A stretch of DNA of 51,735 nucleotides from Octopus bimaculoides (taxonomy: Eukaryota): contig NC_068985.1 in the NCBI RefSeq assembly GCF_001194135.2, positions 114,263,593 to 114,315,327 of the forward strand. The letters run 5' to 3'. A program made the position numbers and the translations under genes. Positions 22,371-33,759 of the stretch are shown here, piece after piece (position 1 is the stretch's first letter; the number at the start of each line of letters is the position of its first letter). The notes below the pieces were generated by a model. It was not told where the DNA came from. It worked only from the letters and a program-made list of their open reading frames with translations, and ran no database searches.

Positions 22371-23929
22371 TCTTTTATGAGGTACCAGCACCCACAAGGC
22401 TAGGATCTCTTGGCTGAAAGAGGGATATAGAAGACATGGCTGTATGCATGGACAGCCATGATTTTACTTAGTTTGACATAACTTCTCAAGCACAGCAAAC
22501 CACCTGAAGACATGCATATATACATATCTATCTATCTATCTATCTATCTATATCTATATCTACATACACACACACTGGAACCTCATTTTATGAAGGCCTC
22601 TCATCACCATCAACTCAGTTTACAAATAATTTTTCAAACAATGTCTTGGGTGATGAATAGTATCTTGAGTAATGAACACACAAGCTGGCAGCAGTGGTTG
22701 ACAACAAGCTGAGAATATCAAAAGGAAGAGCATCAGTTGCTGTCTAGCTTTTGCTCAATGCACATCTCTGCTCAATTTGAGTCTTTTCTCAAATTTCCTG
22801 TAGGGAAAATAATTTCAGTTCTCAAAAATTTTGTGGGGGACAAATGACCTTAAGGAATAAATCAAATTCATAAACTGTATACAAAAAAAAAATAGTCAAG
22901 TACAAAAGCTGCTAGAAACATCAAAATACTATTTATTACATTTAAAAAATATGTTATGTTGGAATGGCTACTGTCTAGAAGAGAAGAGGGATAGTCAGAG
23001 ATGGAATGTGTGTGCCTGATCCTGGGGCTGTTAGAACAAGGATGACCTGGGTTGAAATAACAACTACCAACATTCCATCAAGCAGCTTAAAATAAACTCT
23101 GAAGGTCAGAAAAAGAAGGAAAAGTAAATTAAAAAAGAAAAAAGATTTTAGGGAACAGTCAAAACTCCCTTCTATAACAAGCTTTACTCTTATGGCTTCC
23201 AGTCAACATTTATAAGGAAAATAAACCTAAAGGGTCAACAAAAGGGCAAGGGAGGGGAAAGGAAAAAGAGAAGATAAGAGAAATACATGCTGAAAGTGAT
23301 TTTTTTTTTTCAAGAGGCGAGTGGGGGGGGGTGTCTTTTTTTGAGGGTCTAGTAATTTTTTTTCTGTAAAGTATAAGATTGTTGTCAGAAGTTGCTGACA
23401 GATGAAATGGGTGTGGTGGCGAACATACTTAATGGGGGTGGACTTAATATGTGTATGTCTGTGTGAGTGTGTGTGTGGTATATATATATATAGAGAGAGA
23501 GAGGCATTGGGGTGAGTGACAGAAAAGTGAGAGGCAGAGAGGCTGATATGTGAATGTGTGTAAGAGAGAGGGTTGATTTGTGTATACCTATATGTGAATG
23601 TTTGTGTGAGAAATATAAAAAGAAGCTTTGACAATATTTGCTTGTGTGAGACAGAGAGACAGACAGACAGATAGTGGGGGGTTGACATATGAATATCTAT
23701 GTATATGAATGTGTAGGTGAGAGAGAGAGAGAGAGAGAGAAAGAGACATAGGGGGATTTGGCATGTGAATATGTGCGTGTGTATGTGTGTGGGGGGGAGA
23801 TGGGGTTGATATATGTGAATGTCTATATGTATATGAATGTATGTACACAAGTATGAATGTCTCTATACCTACAGGATGGGATTTTGCATAAGGTTCTTTA
23901 TAATAGTTCAAGAGCATGATATATATATT

Positions 23930-23972
<43 letters not shown>

Positions 23973-24212
23973 GATGTAATATTGTGTATACTCAAATAGA
24001 AACATGCATCCACATACCACATGTTCCAAATGTAAACCAACATTTAAACATGTTCTATACAAGAAAATCTCTAAGTTACACAGTCAGTTTGTATATTTGC
24101 AAGCATAGCTGCGTGCACCAATCTAATCTGTTTTATTTTAGTGTCTCCATTTTTTATTTGTAGCCATACTACTCTCTTTCTATATGAGAAATTCCGTAAA
24201 TATTAAGCTCAG

Positions 24213-24400
24213 TATCATTTTAATGACCACTTTTCCATGCTTGCATGAGTCAGACAGAATTTGTTGATACAGATTTTTTTTATGGCTGGATGATCTCTCT
24301 GGCACCAATTTTCCTGTGTTCCCAAACAAAGTAATATTTCTCCGTGGCTGCAGATAAACTGATGAAAGTTGAAGTTAACTTCCTCAGTGTTTGAACTCTG
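24213..24400 (-). mobile_element. Module-B (A2-type) SINE 3' part
   Basis: ccacttttccatgcttgcatgagtcagacagaattt. Confidence 0.65.
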
Positions 24401-24630
24401 AATGTATACTGAAAGGCATTTTTTTTTTTTTTTTTTTGATGCTCTAATGACTGCCCTTTCTTTTGCCAATCTTCCCTTGCTTCCAAGCAAGGTAATAATT
24501 TCACTGTATGAATGTTTTCACAGAATATTGATAAATAAGAGAAACCACTTGTATGGGAATTGAAACCAAAGTCTCAAGATTGTGAGTGCAATACACCAGC
24601 CACTAGGCCATACACATAGCTCGAGATCTA

Positions 24631-24936
24631 ACGTCTGCTTTCCATGCTAGCATGGGTTGGACAATTTGACTGAGGACTGGTGAAACCAGATGGCTACACC
24701 AGGCTCCAATCTGATCTGGCAGAGTTTCTACAGCTGGATGCCCTTCCTAACACCAACCACTCAGAGAGTGTAGTGGGTGCTTTTACGTGCCACCGGCCGG
24801 CACGAAGGCCAGTCAGGCGGTACTGGCAACGGCCACACTCAAAATGGTGTATTTTACGTGCCACCCGCATAAGAGCCAGTCCAGGGGCACTGGCAACGAT
24901 CTCGCTCGAAAGTCCTTACACATGCTGCGGGCACAA
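24631..24936 (-). mobile_element. GC-rich B2 SINE, relatively young, with an internal ~65-bp duplication
   Basis: CpGs retained; ttttacgtgccacc...ccagt...ctggcaacg occurs twice. Confidence 0.8.
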
Positions 24937-25141
24937 AATGAAGCAAATTTTGGTGACCCAATGTTTTCACAAAATCTCAGGTCAAGACACACTTTCCCAA
25001 GATTTATTGAAAAAATTTGGTTTTGAATTCAATGACCAGATGCTCATCTTGTTGCCAAATCATACTTGTTAGTAAGCAATGTAATATTTTCTCATGGCTG
25101 GACATGTTTTCAAGGAAGATTAGAAAAGTGAGAAACTATTT

Positions 25142-25404
25142 CTATCTACTGTTTACTTATTTCAGTCATTAGACTGCAGCCATGCTGGAGCAGTCTTGAA
25201 GGGTTTTAGTCAAATTGAACCTTGGGCTTATTTTTTTTTAAGCCTTGTACTTAGCATTGCAGCAAAAGAGACCAATAGAATAAGTTACAGGAATGTAAGC
25301 ACACCAACACATCAAGCAGTCCTGGGGGACAATCATAGACAAAAGAGACACACAGATATGTGTGTGTGTGTGTGTGTATAATATATACACACACATATAT
25401 ACAT

Positions 25405-25445
<41 letters not shown>

Positions 25446-25455
25446 CATATAATAT

Positions 25456-25494
<39 letters not shown>

Positions 25495-25655
25495 TATGAC
25501 AACTTTATTTCAGTTTCCATAACCCAAACCTACTCAAAAGGCTTTGGTCGGCCTGAGGCTATAGAAGAAGACACTTCCCCATGGGACCATGTAAGTGGGA
25601 CTGAACCTGAAGCTATGCGATTGGGAAGCAAACTTCTTACCACCCATCCATGCCT
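25142..25655 (-). mobile_element. Family A SINE with an expanded (TA)n and a 27-bp internal inversion
   Basis: Co-linear with the A consensus except 25254-25280. Confidence 0.8.
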
Positions 25656-26387
25656 GTTAGAGAAATGAAATAAAAAGTCCTAGGATCATAAGTGCAACAC
25701 CCTAACACTAACCACTAGGCCATGAGCCTTGAGATCTAGTACCCAAACAAATCTTGGAAACCCAATGTTTTCAGAAAATTAAGGACATGTCCAACACTGA
25801 CCTGATATTTACTACAAAGACATTTGACAACCAATTTCAAAAATGACTGACACACCTAGAAACCAGGTGGTTGTGCTTTCATATCCTTTCACTAGCCACA
25901 TCTAAGAAAGTTAACTGAGGGACTGACCATCTTCAGTGATTGATGCAGACTGACAACTTGTGGTGCAATGATTACAGTTGATTCCTCCTTCCCCTCCTTC
26001 ATTGAACACAGAGTTGAAGGTTTGTGTCATCTTCCTCTGGGAATTGATATACATCACAGAGCTGGCAGTTGAGATTGTTCCTAATAGGAAAAACATACAC
26101 AACCATGTGTGTATGTGTGTGTGCATGAATATGATTGTATGATGTGGTACCACTTTGACAAATTATTATTATCATCATCATCATTAGATTCTGAGTTCCA
26201 ACCCCCTTGAGGCATGTCTTTTGCCTTTAGGCTCATACAAGCATGTTCGGGATATGACCAACTGAAACGTATGAAATTTCATAATTTTGTATGGTAGACA
26301 CACACACACACACACACACACAGATATACACAAATACATAGATAATGCACATGTAAGTATATTGTATGAGTGTACTAGATGTACAAG

Positions 26388-26437
<50 letters not shown>

Positions 26438-26944
26438 AGCAAGACAGAAAAGATGTACAGATTAGATAGATACATACATACTTACATACGTAGACAGAAT
26501 TATTTCTCTTAGAATCTAGAAGAAAAAAAATTCCCCAAAACTAGAAACAATTACAGTTGACAAAAGTAGAAGAGGATTAATATACACTTACACACATAAG
26601 TACACACACACACACACACATGGGGGTGGGTGGTAAGAATAAAAAAAACTGAGGAAATAACACTCCTGATTGAATTCCTACCATCATCATCACATCATTA
26701 TCATCATCATCATAGTCGTAACTAATATTGCCATAGTAACCATTACTCCTACCACCACTACCAACACCACCGCCAAAACTACTCCCAGCACTACAGTCAC
26801 AGTTTGAAATGCCATCATTAAGAATCTGGGCAAGCAATCATTTCCAGGGCAAGGGGAGAAGAGGAAGGAGAACAAGAACCAAAGCAGCCAATAGATGTGG
26901 AGTGAGACACTGCTAGAATGACACACATGTATGCAGGGTATGTT

Positions 26945-26998
<54 letters not shown>

Positions 26999-27076
26999 CA
27001 CACACACACAAGCACAGACACACACACATATATATATGTGTATGTAAAGCATACAAGTGCACACATACATATATAT

Positions 27077-27107
<31 letters not shown>

Positions 27108-27226
27108 ACGTACACATGTACATATATATATTATATATACACACAAACATGTACATACACACACAAATGTATGTAGGGTCTATAGATCATATGTAAGAAA
27201 CAGTAACATGCACATGCGCACATATA

Positions 27227-27276
<50 letters not shown>

Positions 27277-27279
27277 AAA

Positions 27280-27289
27280 NNNNNNNNNN
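27280..27289. other. Assembly gap (10 N)
   Basis: N run. Confidence 1.
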
Positions 27290-27884
27290 CACACATATAT
27301 ATATATATATATATATACACACAAAATGCACTCACACATATGTACATATATACAGACACACACACACACAAACGTATGTAGGGTCTATAGATTATATATA
27401 AGAAACAGTAAATAAAAAAGAAGAGGGGAGGGGCAAGATCATGTCTTAGAAGTATACATTCTAGCTAGAAAGATTAGGAGAGGTAGTAGTTGAAACAGCA
27501 ATTGTTATGATAAAGCCAAAGATAGGGTGGTGATGGTAATGTGTGAGAGGGGCAGGGGGACTGTGGGTGAGGGGGGAGGCACCCCAACTATGCACAGCTG
27601 AAGAGCTGGAGGGGGTGAAGAGTGTTGAGTAGAGGAGCTTGAAGTATGTTGACAGATAAAAGTAACAACATCAACATCAGGAAATATATATATACAATAT
27701 ATTATACAGCCATCCCCTCCTCTATTTCCAATAAAAAAGAAAAATAGGGGGTGAGGAAATAAAATAGAAAAGAAGGGAAAGAAATAAAAGATAGAAGAAT
27801 GCTTAGTGGGGAAAACATAAGGGGAAAAATAACAGAAAAACCCTCAAAATTATGGAAATACCCCCTCCCCCATTACCATGCCAA

Positions 27885-28020
27885 CTGAGAAAAAAAGATT
27901 TCAAATTTTGGTACAAGGCCAGCAATTTTGGGGTGTAGAGTAAATTGATTATATCGACCCTGAAAGGATGAAAGGCAAAGTTGACCTAGGCAGGATTTGA
28001 ACACAGAACATAAAGAACTA
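27885..28020 (-). mobile_element. Family C SINE (C2), host of an A insertion
   Basis: atcgaccctgaaaggatgaaaggcaaagttgacc. Confidence 0.8.
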
Positions 28021-28199
28021 GGAGTGGCTGTGTGGTAAGTAGCTTGCTTACCAACCACATGGTTCCGGGTTCATTCCCACTGCATGGCGCCTTGGGCAAG
28101 TGTCTTCTACTATAGCCTCGGGTCGACCAAAGCCTTGTGAGTGGATTTGGTAGACGGAAACTGAAAGAAGCCCATCGTATATATATGTATGTGTGTATG

Positions 28200-28234
<35 letters not shown>

Positions 28235-28443
28235 CTGTGATTGCCACCCCCACCCCCAACATCGCCTGACAACCGATGCTGGTGTGTTTACGTCCCCCGT
28301 AACTTAGCAATTCGGCAAAAGAGACCGATAGAATAAGTACTAGGCTTCCAAAAAATAAGTCCTGGGGGTCGATTTGCTTGACTAAAGGTGGTGCCCCAGC
28401 ATGGCCGCAGTCAAATGACTGAAACAAGTAAAAGAGAGAGAGT
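28021..28443 (+). mobile_element. Family A SINE (A1), young
   Basis: Near-consensus; aactag at 28016-28021 and 28444-28449. Confidence 0.95.
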
Positions 28444-28451
28444 AACTAGAA

Positions 28452-28715
28452 GGAGTAGCTGATTGTGTTGATCCCATATTTTATTGATCCTGGAAGGATG
28501 AAGGCTAAAGTTAACCTTGGCTGGTTTTGAACTCACAAGGCCAGCAGTTCTGAGGGGAGAGGGCTAATCAACAAAATCAAGCCCAGTGCACAGCTGGCCC
28601 CCAGAATGGATGAAAGGCAAAGTTGAACTCAACAGAATTTGAATTCAGAATGTAAAGATGACTGAAATATCACTGAGCAGTTTGCCTGGTGTCCTAATGA
28701 TTTACCCAGCTTAGC
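28452..28715 (-). mobile_element. Two decayed family C copies in tandem
   Basis: The aaggatgaagg..aaagtt..cc motif occurs at about 28495 and 28605. Confidence 0.65.
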
Positions 28716-28763
28716 AGCTTTTTAATAATTCTAATAATAATATTGAATAAAAAATATTTAGTA

Positions 28764-29135
28764 GGTGCAGGTGTGACTGTAGTAAGAAGCTTGCTTCCCA
28801 ACTGCATGGTTTCAGTTTCAGTCCCACTGCACGGCACCTTGGGCAAGTGTTTTCTCTCTATAGCCTCAGGCTAACCAAAGCCTTGTGAGTGGATTTGGTA
28901 AACGGAAACTGAAAAAAGCCTGTCATGTGTATGTGGTTTTATTTGTCCCCCTATCACTGCTTGACAACCGGTGTTGGTGTGTTTATATCCCGATGAGTTA
29001 GCAGCTTGGCAAAAGAGACTGATAGAGTAAGTACTAGACTTAAAAAATAAGTCCTGGGTGTAATTTGTTCAACTAAAATCCTTCAAGGTAGTGCTCCAGC
29101 ATGGCCAAGGTCAAATGATTGAAATAAATAAAAGA
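28764..29135 (+). mobile_element. Family A SINE (A1), older
   Basis: Head, body and 3' end are all recognisable. Confidence 0.85.
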
Positions 29136-29310
29136 AACAAAGAGCAGTAAAGAAATAAAATAATAATAATAAAACAGAATACGTATGCAAGTTCCACACA
29201 CCAACCCCAGACAAACTACAAATCCTCAGGCCTTTCTTGAACATTGCTCCCCCTGGAATCTTTTCCCTGTCTATGCTTTTCTTCGGTGAGGGCTGGAGAA
29301 GACAACAGTC

Positions 29311-29391
29311 NNNNNNNNNNNNNNNNNNNNNNNNNNNNNNNNNNNNNNNNNNNNNNNNNNNNNNNNNNNNNNNNNNNNNNNNNNNNNNNNN
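29311..29391. other. Assembly gap (N)
   Basis: N run. Confidence 1.
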
Positions 29392-30057
29392 CCAATGATT
29401 GAAACAAGTAAAAGATAAATACATATATATGTACACACACACACTTTTCTGAATTCAGTAGTTTCATTTCTCAAGGATCTCATTTGGAAAAAAAAAAAAA
29501 TGAAAAAAAACATAAAATGTACAAATCAAAGAAGAAACCTAGAAAATAGTGAAATGAATGGCAAAAAAAATCTTTCAAAACAACAAAAAAAGTTGTTTTT
29601 CCTTCTATCTCCACTCCTCTCCTGCCCCTCCCCCCATAAAGGAAAAAATGAAGAGTAATGGGTGGAAGAATAATGAAATGCTTAAGGAGAAACTATAGAA
29701 AAGAAAGGAAAAAAAAAATGCAAGTAAGAAATCTTGAGAAGTTTCTAGTAACTAAGTAAATTCCACATGTCTCCATAAGTTAGTCTGGTGGGAGAGGTGT
29801 GAGAAATAAACTAAAAATAAATAAATAAATTGATGTGGTTTGGAAAAATTTGAAAAGAAACCCTTCAAGAGATTTAGTTCTTATACACTGTATGCCCACA
29901 AGATAACACTGCTGCTCTTCTAAAACAGATATCTCCAACCAGCAAGTTGTGGACCAGTATAGTACTGTGTTGCACAGAAAGAACGAATTTCTAAATTTTT
30001 ATTTCCATTTCATTGACTATCACAGTCAGCAGGATGTTTTTGCATTATATATATTCA

Positions 30058-30741
30058 TCTTTTATCTCTTACTTGATTCAGTCATTGGACTGCAGCCATG
30101 CTGAGGAAGGCACCACTTTTAAATATTTGGTCAAACAAATCAACTCTTGATTTCTTTTTTTTAAGGCTAATACTCTCTTTACTCTTTTACTCTTTTAATT
30201 GTTTCAGTCATTTGACTGCGGCCATGCTGGAGCATCGCCTTTAGTTGAGCAAATCGACCCCAGGACTTATTTTTTGGAAGCCTAGTACTTAATCTATCGG
30301 TCTCTTTTGCCGAACTGCTAAGTTACGGGGGACGTAAACACACCAGCATCGGTTGTCAGGCGATGTTGGGGGGACAAACACAGACACACAAACATATACA
30401 CACACACACATATATATATATACATATATACGACGGGCTTCTTTCAGTTTCCGTCTACCAAATCCACTCACAAGGCTTTGGTCGGCCCAAGGCTATAGTG
30501 GAAGACACTTGCCCAAGGTGCCACACAGTGGGACTGAACCCAGAACCATGTGGTTAGTAAGCAAGCTACTTACCACACAGTCACTCCTGCGCCTGTTGGT
30601 TTCTTTTGTTGAACCGCTAAGTTACAGGGATGTAAACACATCAACACTGGTTGTCAAGTGGTCATGGGGGACAACACAGGCACAAAAACATACACAAAGA
30701 TATATATATATATAAAACATGCTTCTTTCAGTTTCCGTCTT
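30058..30741 (-). mobile_element. Old family A SINE split by a young family A copy
   Basis: 30058-30170 and 30594-30741 join into one co-linear A body. Confidence 0.75.
30171..30593 (-). mobile_element. Family A SINE (A1), young, full length
   Basis: CpG-rich and near-identical to the 8170 and 28021 copies; (TACTCTTT)n tail. Confidence 0.95.
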
Positions 30742-31229
30742 ACGTAATACAGCCACCTGATAATGAACAGGACTCAGGAGGCCTGCTTCTCGATATACCC
30801 AGAAGGGATAACTTTTAAATCTGAGAAAGGATTAGAGGAATCATCCATAAAGATTGTTGTTCAACAAGAGCACAATACAATGTCTTCCTCTTTGAATATA
30901 AGAATTCCTCTAAAGAATTGTGACCTGGTGCCAAATAAGAAAATAATGAATACCTTCTCTATTCCCTTATACCTCCTTTTATTGATTTTTCACACTCAAA
31001 CAGAAGTCCTCTTTATGCAGCTTTTAATTTCTCATTCACAATGGCTAAAATGAAACCTTGGGACATCAGAAAATAAAAAATAAAAATCATAAAATTCTTG
31101 AAAAAATTTTTTTTTAAGTCAACTCTTGAAATAAAGCAAACCAAACCAAACCAAGGTTATCACAGCTTTTTCTTAGACTAAAAATATAGCTAATATTATT
31201 TGGAAGCAAATAGATAAATAAAATTTTTT

Positions 31230-32943
31230 TTATTTAACTATAATAGTAATTATTTCAAATTTATGCACAAGGCCAGCAATTTTAGGGTGAGAGGAACAAT
31301 AAATAGCATTGATTCCAGTACTTGACTGGTACTTTATTTCATCAACCAAAGAGGAATGAAAGGCAAAGTTGACCTCAACAGAATTTGAGTTCAGAATGTA
31401 AAGAGCTGGAACTATAAAGAGCTGAAAAAAAACACTAAACATTTTGCCTGATGCTCTAACAATTCTGCCATCACACACCACCTCAATAATAATTCTTTCA
31501 AATTTTCACTCAAGGCCAGCAACTTTGTGGGAGAGATAGAGAGCAAATGGTCTACATCCACCAATCTCAATACTCGAAACTACTTATTTCAGAAACCTCG
31601 AAAGGATGAAATCCTAAGCCAACCCTGACAGATTTTGAACATGTAAGTAATGAGCTAAAAGAAATACCATTAAGCATTTTTCTTGAGTTTCTAATGCTTC
31701 TCCCAGCTTGGCATCATCAACCCCGAAAGCAGTGATTCCCAAGGTGGGGCGTACGCCCCACTGGTGGGGCCTGAGAAAATTCAGGTGGGGCGCGGGGCAT
31801 AGACGTGGGCTGTGAAAATATTTGTACATGACGAGCGGTCATCGCAGGCACAACCTTAGATTCCGTCTTTCCTTTGAAGCCTCCACATCGGAAACTCTCG
31901 CACCCCAGCGAGACAAAGAAGATCCCGCACTGAGCAATAAACTTACGCGCATCCCTATACATGTAGCATGAATCACTACTGGCAGTAAATGATGCATGAA
32001 ATTTTCATCGACAGGAACTGTCTCCTCAAATTAAAAACTTGTGCTGTATGCATCAGGCACAGGGTTCTCACTAAATTAGTCGAGCTGACCGTCAAATAAT
32101 TGAACTGAAAAAACGTGTTTCTTTATTCTTTATAAATTGACATTTTTTTAAAACATGAGAAATCGTAATAATTTTATCGATTTATTGGGTGTTATGCACT
32201 TTCAGTGCCTGTTGTTTCAATTCTCAAGCTATTTTTTTGTATTTTGAATACAATTTTTTAATTTTTGATTTTTTTCAATTGTAAGTAGGCCCACATGTAC
32301 TTGTAAATGTGAGTGGACATGGGAAAAGGTGGGGCGTAAAAACTTTTGCTATGAAAAAGTGGGGCGCCGGGAAAAAAGGTTGGGAAACACTGCCCGAAAG
32401 GATGAAAGACAAAGTCGGCCTTGGAAGAATTTGAACTCGGAGCATGAAGTTGGAAGAAATGCTGTAAAGCATTTTGTCCAGTGTGCAAACAACACTGTCA
32501 GCTTGATACCTTAATGATAATCCTTTCTATTATAGGCACAAAGCCTGAAATTTGGGAGAGGGAGATAGTTACATTGACCCCAGTACTCAACTGGTACTTA
32601 TTTGATCGACCCTGAAAGGTGACAAAGCAAAGTCGACCTGGGAAGAACTTGAATTTGGAATGTAAAGACAAGCGAAATACTGTTAAGTATTTTGTCCGCA
32701 TGTAAATGATTCTACCAACAACAACAACAATAATCCTTTCTACTACAGGCACAAGGCATGAAATTTTGAGGAAGGAGGCTAGTAGATTACATCAACTAAG
32801 TTCATAACTGGTACTTATTTCATCCTGAAAGGATGAAAGGCAAAGTCAACCTCGATGGAATTTGAACTCAGAACATAGCAGCAGATGAAATACCACTAAG
32901 CATTTTTTCTGGCATGCTAAGGACTCTGCCAGCTCACTGCCTT
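31230..32943 (-). mobile_element. Stack of five head-to-tail family C SINEs
   Basis: Copies at about 31230-31483, 31484-31710, 31711-32511 (split by hAT), 32512-32718 and 32720-32943. Confidence 0.85.
31730..32392 (+). mobile_element. Non-autonomous hAT (Charlie/Buster-like) deletion derivative, 663 bp
   Basis: TIRs CAGTGATTCCCAA / TTGGGAAACACTG; perfect TSD CCCGAAAG (31722-31729, 32393-32400); 32018-32074 encodes LSPQIKNLCCMHQAQGSH*. Confidence 0.92.
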
Positions 32944-33377
32944 GATAATAATGATAATAATAATAATAATAATAAATAGTCAAACATTTATTTATTTAAC
33001 CTCCAAGTATATTCTAAACAAAATCGGAACAATTACCATTTCTAACAAAGGCACAAATTCACACTATGCCCTCCCCGTTCAAAATGACACTATAGCCCTC
33101 ACCACTACTAACCTCCTATCCAAAATAATGGAATGTAACAAAATACCAATTCTGTCAATTCACTGCTCTTAGAGTGATAACATTTCTAAAAATTTGTAGA
33201 GACGATTACATACACACACACACATGGATGGATGGATGGATCTGACTGGCTTAACCCCTGCATACAAGTCTCTCATCTGAGGGTTCAGCTTTAACTGCAA
33301 CTGGAATTAAACCCCTTATAGTGATGAGTGGGGGGGATTGGAGAAAGATTTAAAATAAGAAAATAGATTATGTTTTC

Positions 33378-33487
33378 TCGTCGTCGTCGTCGTCGTCGTC
33401 ATCACCACCATCACCATCATCATCACCACCACCATCACCATCACCATCACCATCATCACCATCACCATCACCATCACCATCAACATC
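33378..33487. repeat. Compound (GTC)n-(CAT/CAC)n microsatellite
   Basis: Direct reading. Confidence 0.95.
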
Positions 33488-33667
33488 TACACAGCAAGTT
33501 TGTTTTTGAGCCAATTTCAAGTTATATGTAATAGCAGCTTAACATTAAATTGAAGAATTATTTAACATTCTTTAGAAGATAAACTTTTACAAAGCAGGTG
33601 AGTGACCATGAAGTTTCAGCCTGGTAGGCTTCATCAGACATCAGTGTGTGTGTGTGTGTGTGTGTGC

Positions 33668-33755
33668 AGACATGGCCCTATGGTTAAGACACTTAATTCC
33701 CAACCACATGGTTTCGGGTTCAGTCCCATGGTATGTCTCTCTGGGTATGTTTTCT
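33668..33755 (+). mobile_element. Family A head fragment
   Basis: ttcccaaccacatggtttcgggttcagtccca. Confidence 0.7.
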
Positions 33756-33759
33756 ATTT

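Noticed and set aside
30763-31053. 96-aa plus-strand ORF in unique sequence
   Set aside because: No recognisable motif or splice context; the length is within chance for this window.
31230-32943. Regularly spaced repeats that might suggest a CRISPR-like array
   Set aside because: The units are ~200-bp divergent SINEs with no short identical repeat and unique spacer structure, there are no cas genes, and the context is eukaryotic.
33378-33487. Poly-Arg/poly-His or Ser/Pro coding potential
   Set aside because: Compound microsatellite with no convincing splice sites or flanking coding sequence.
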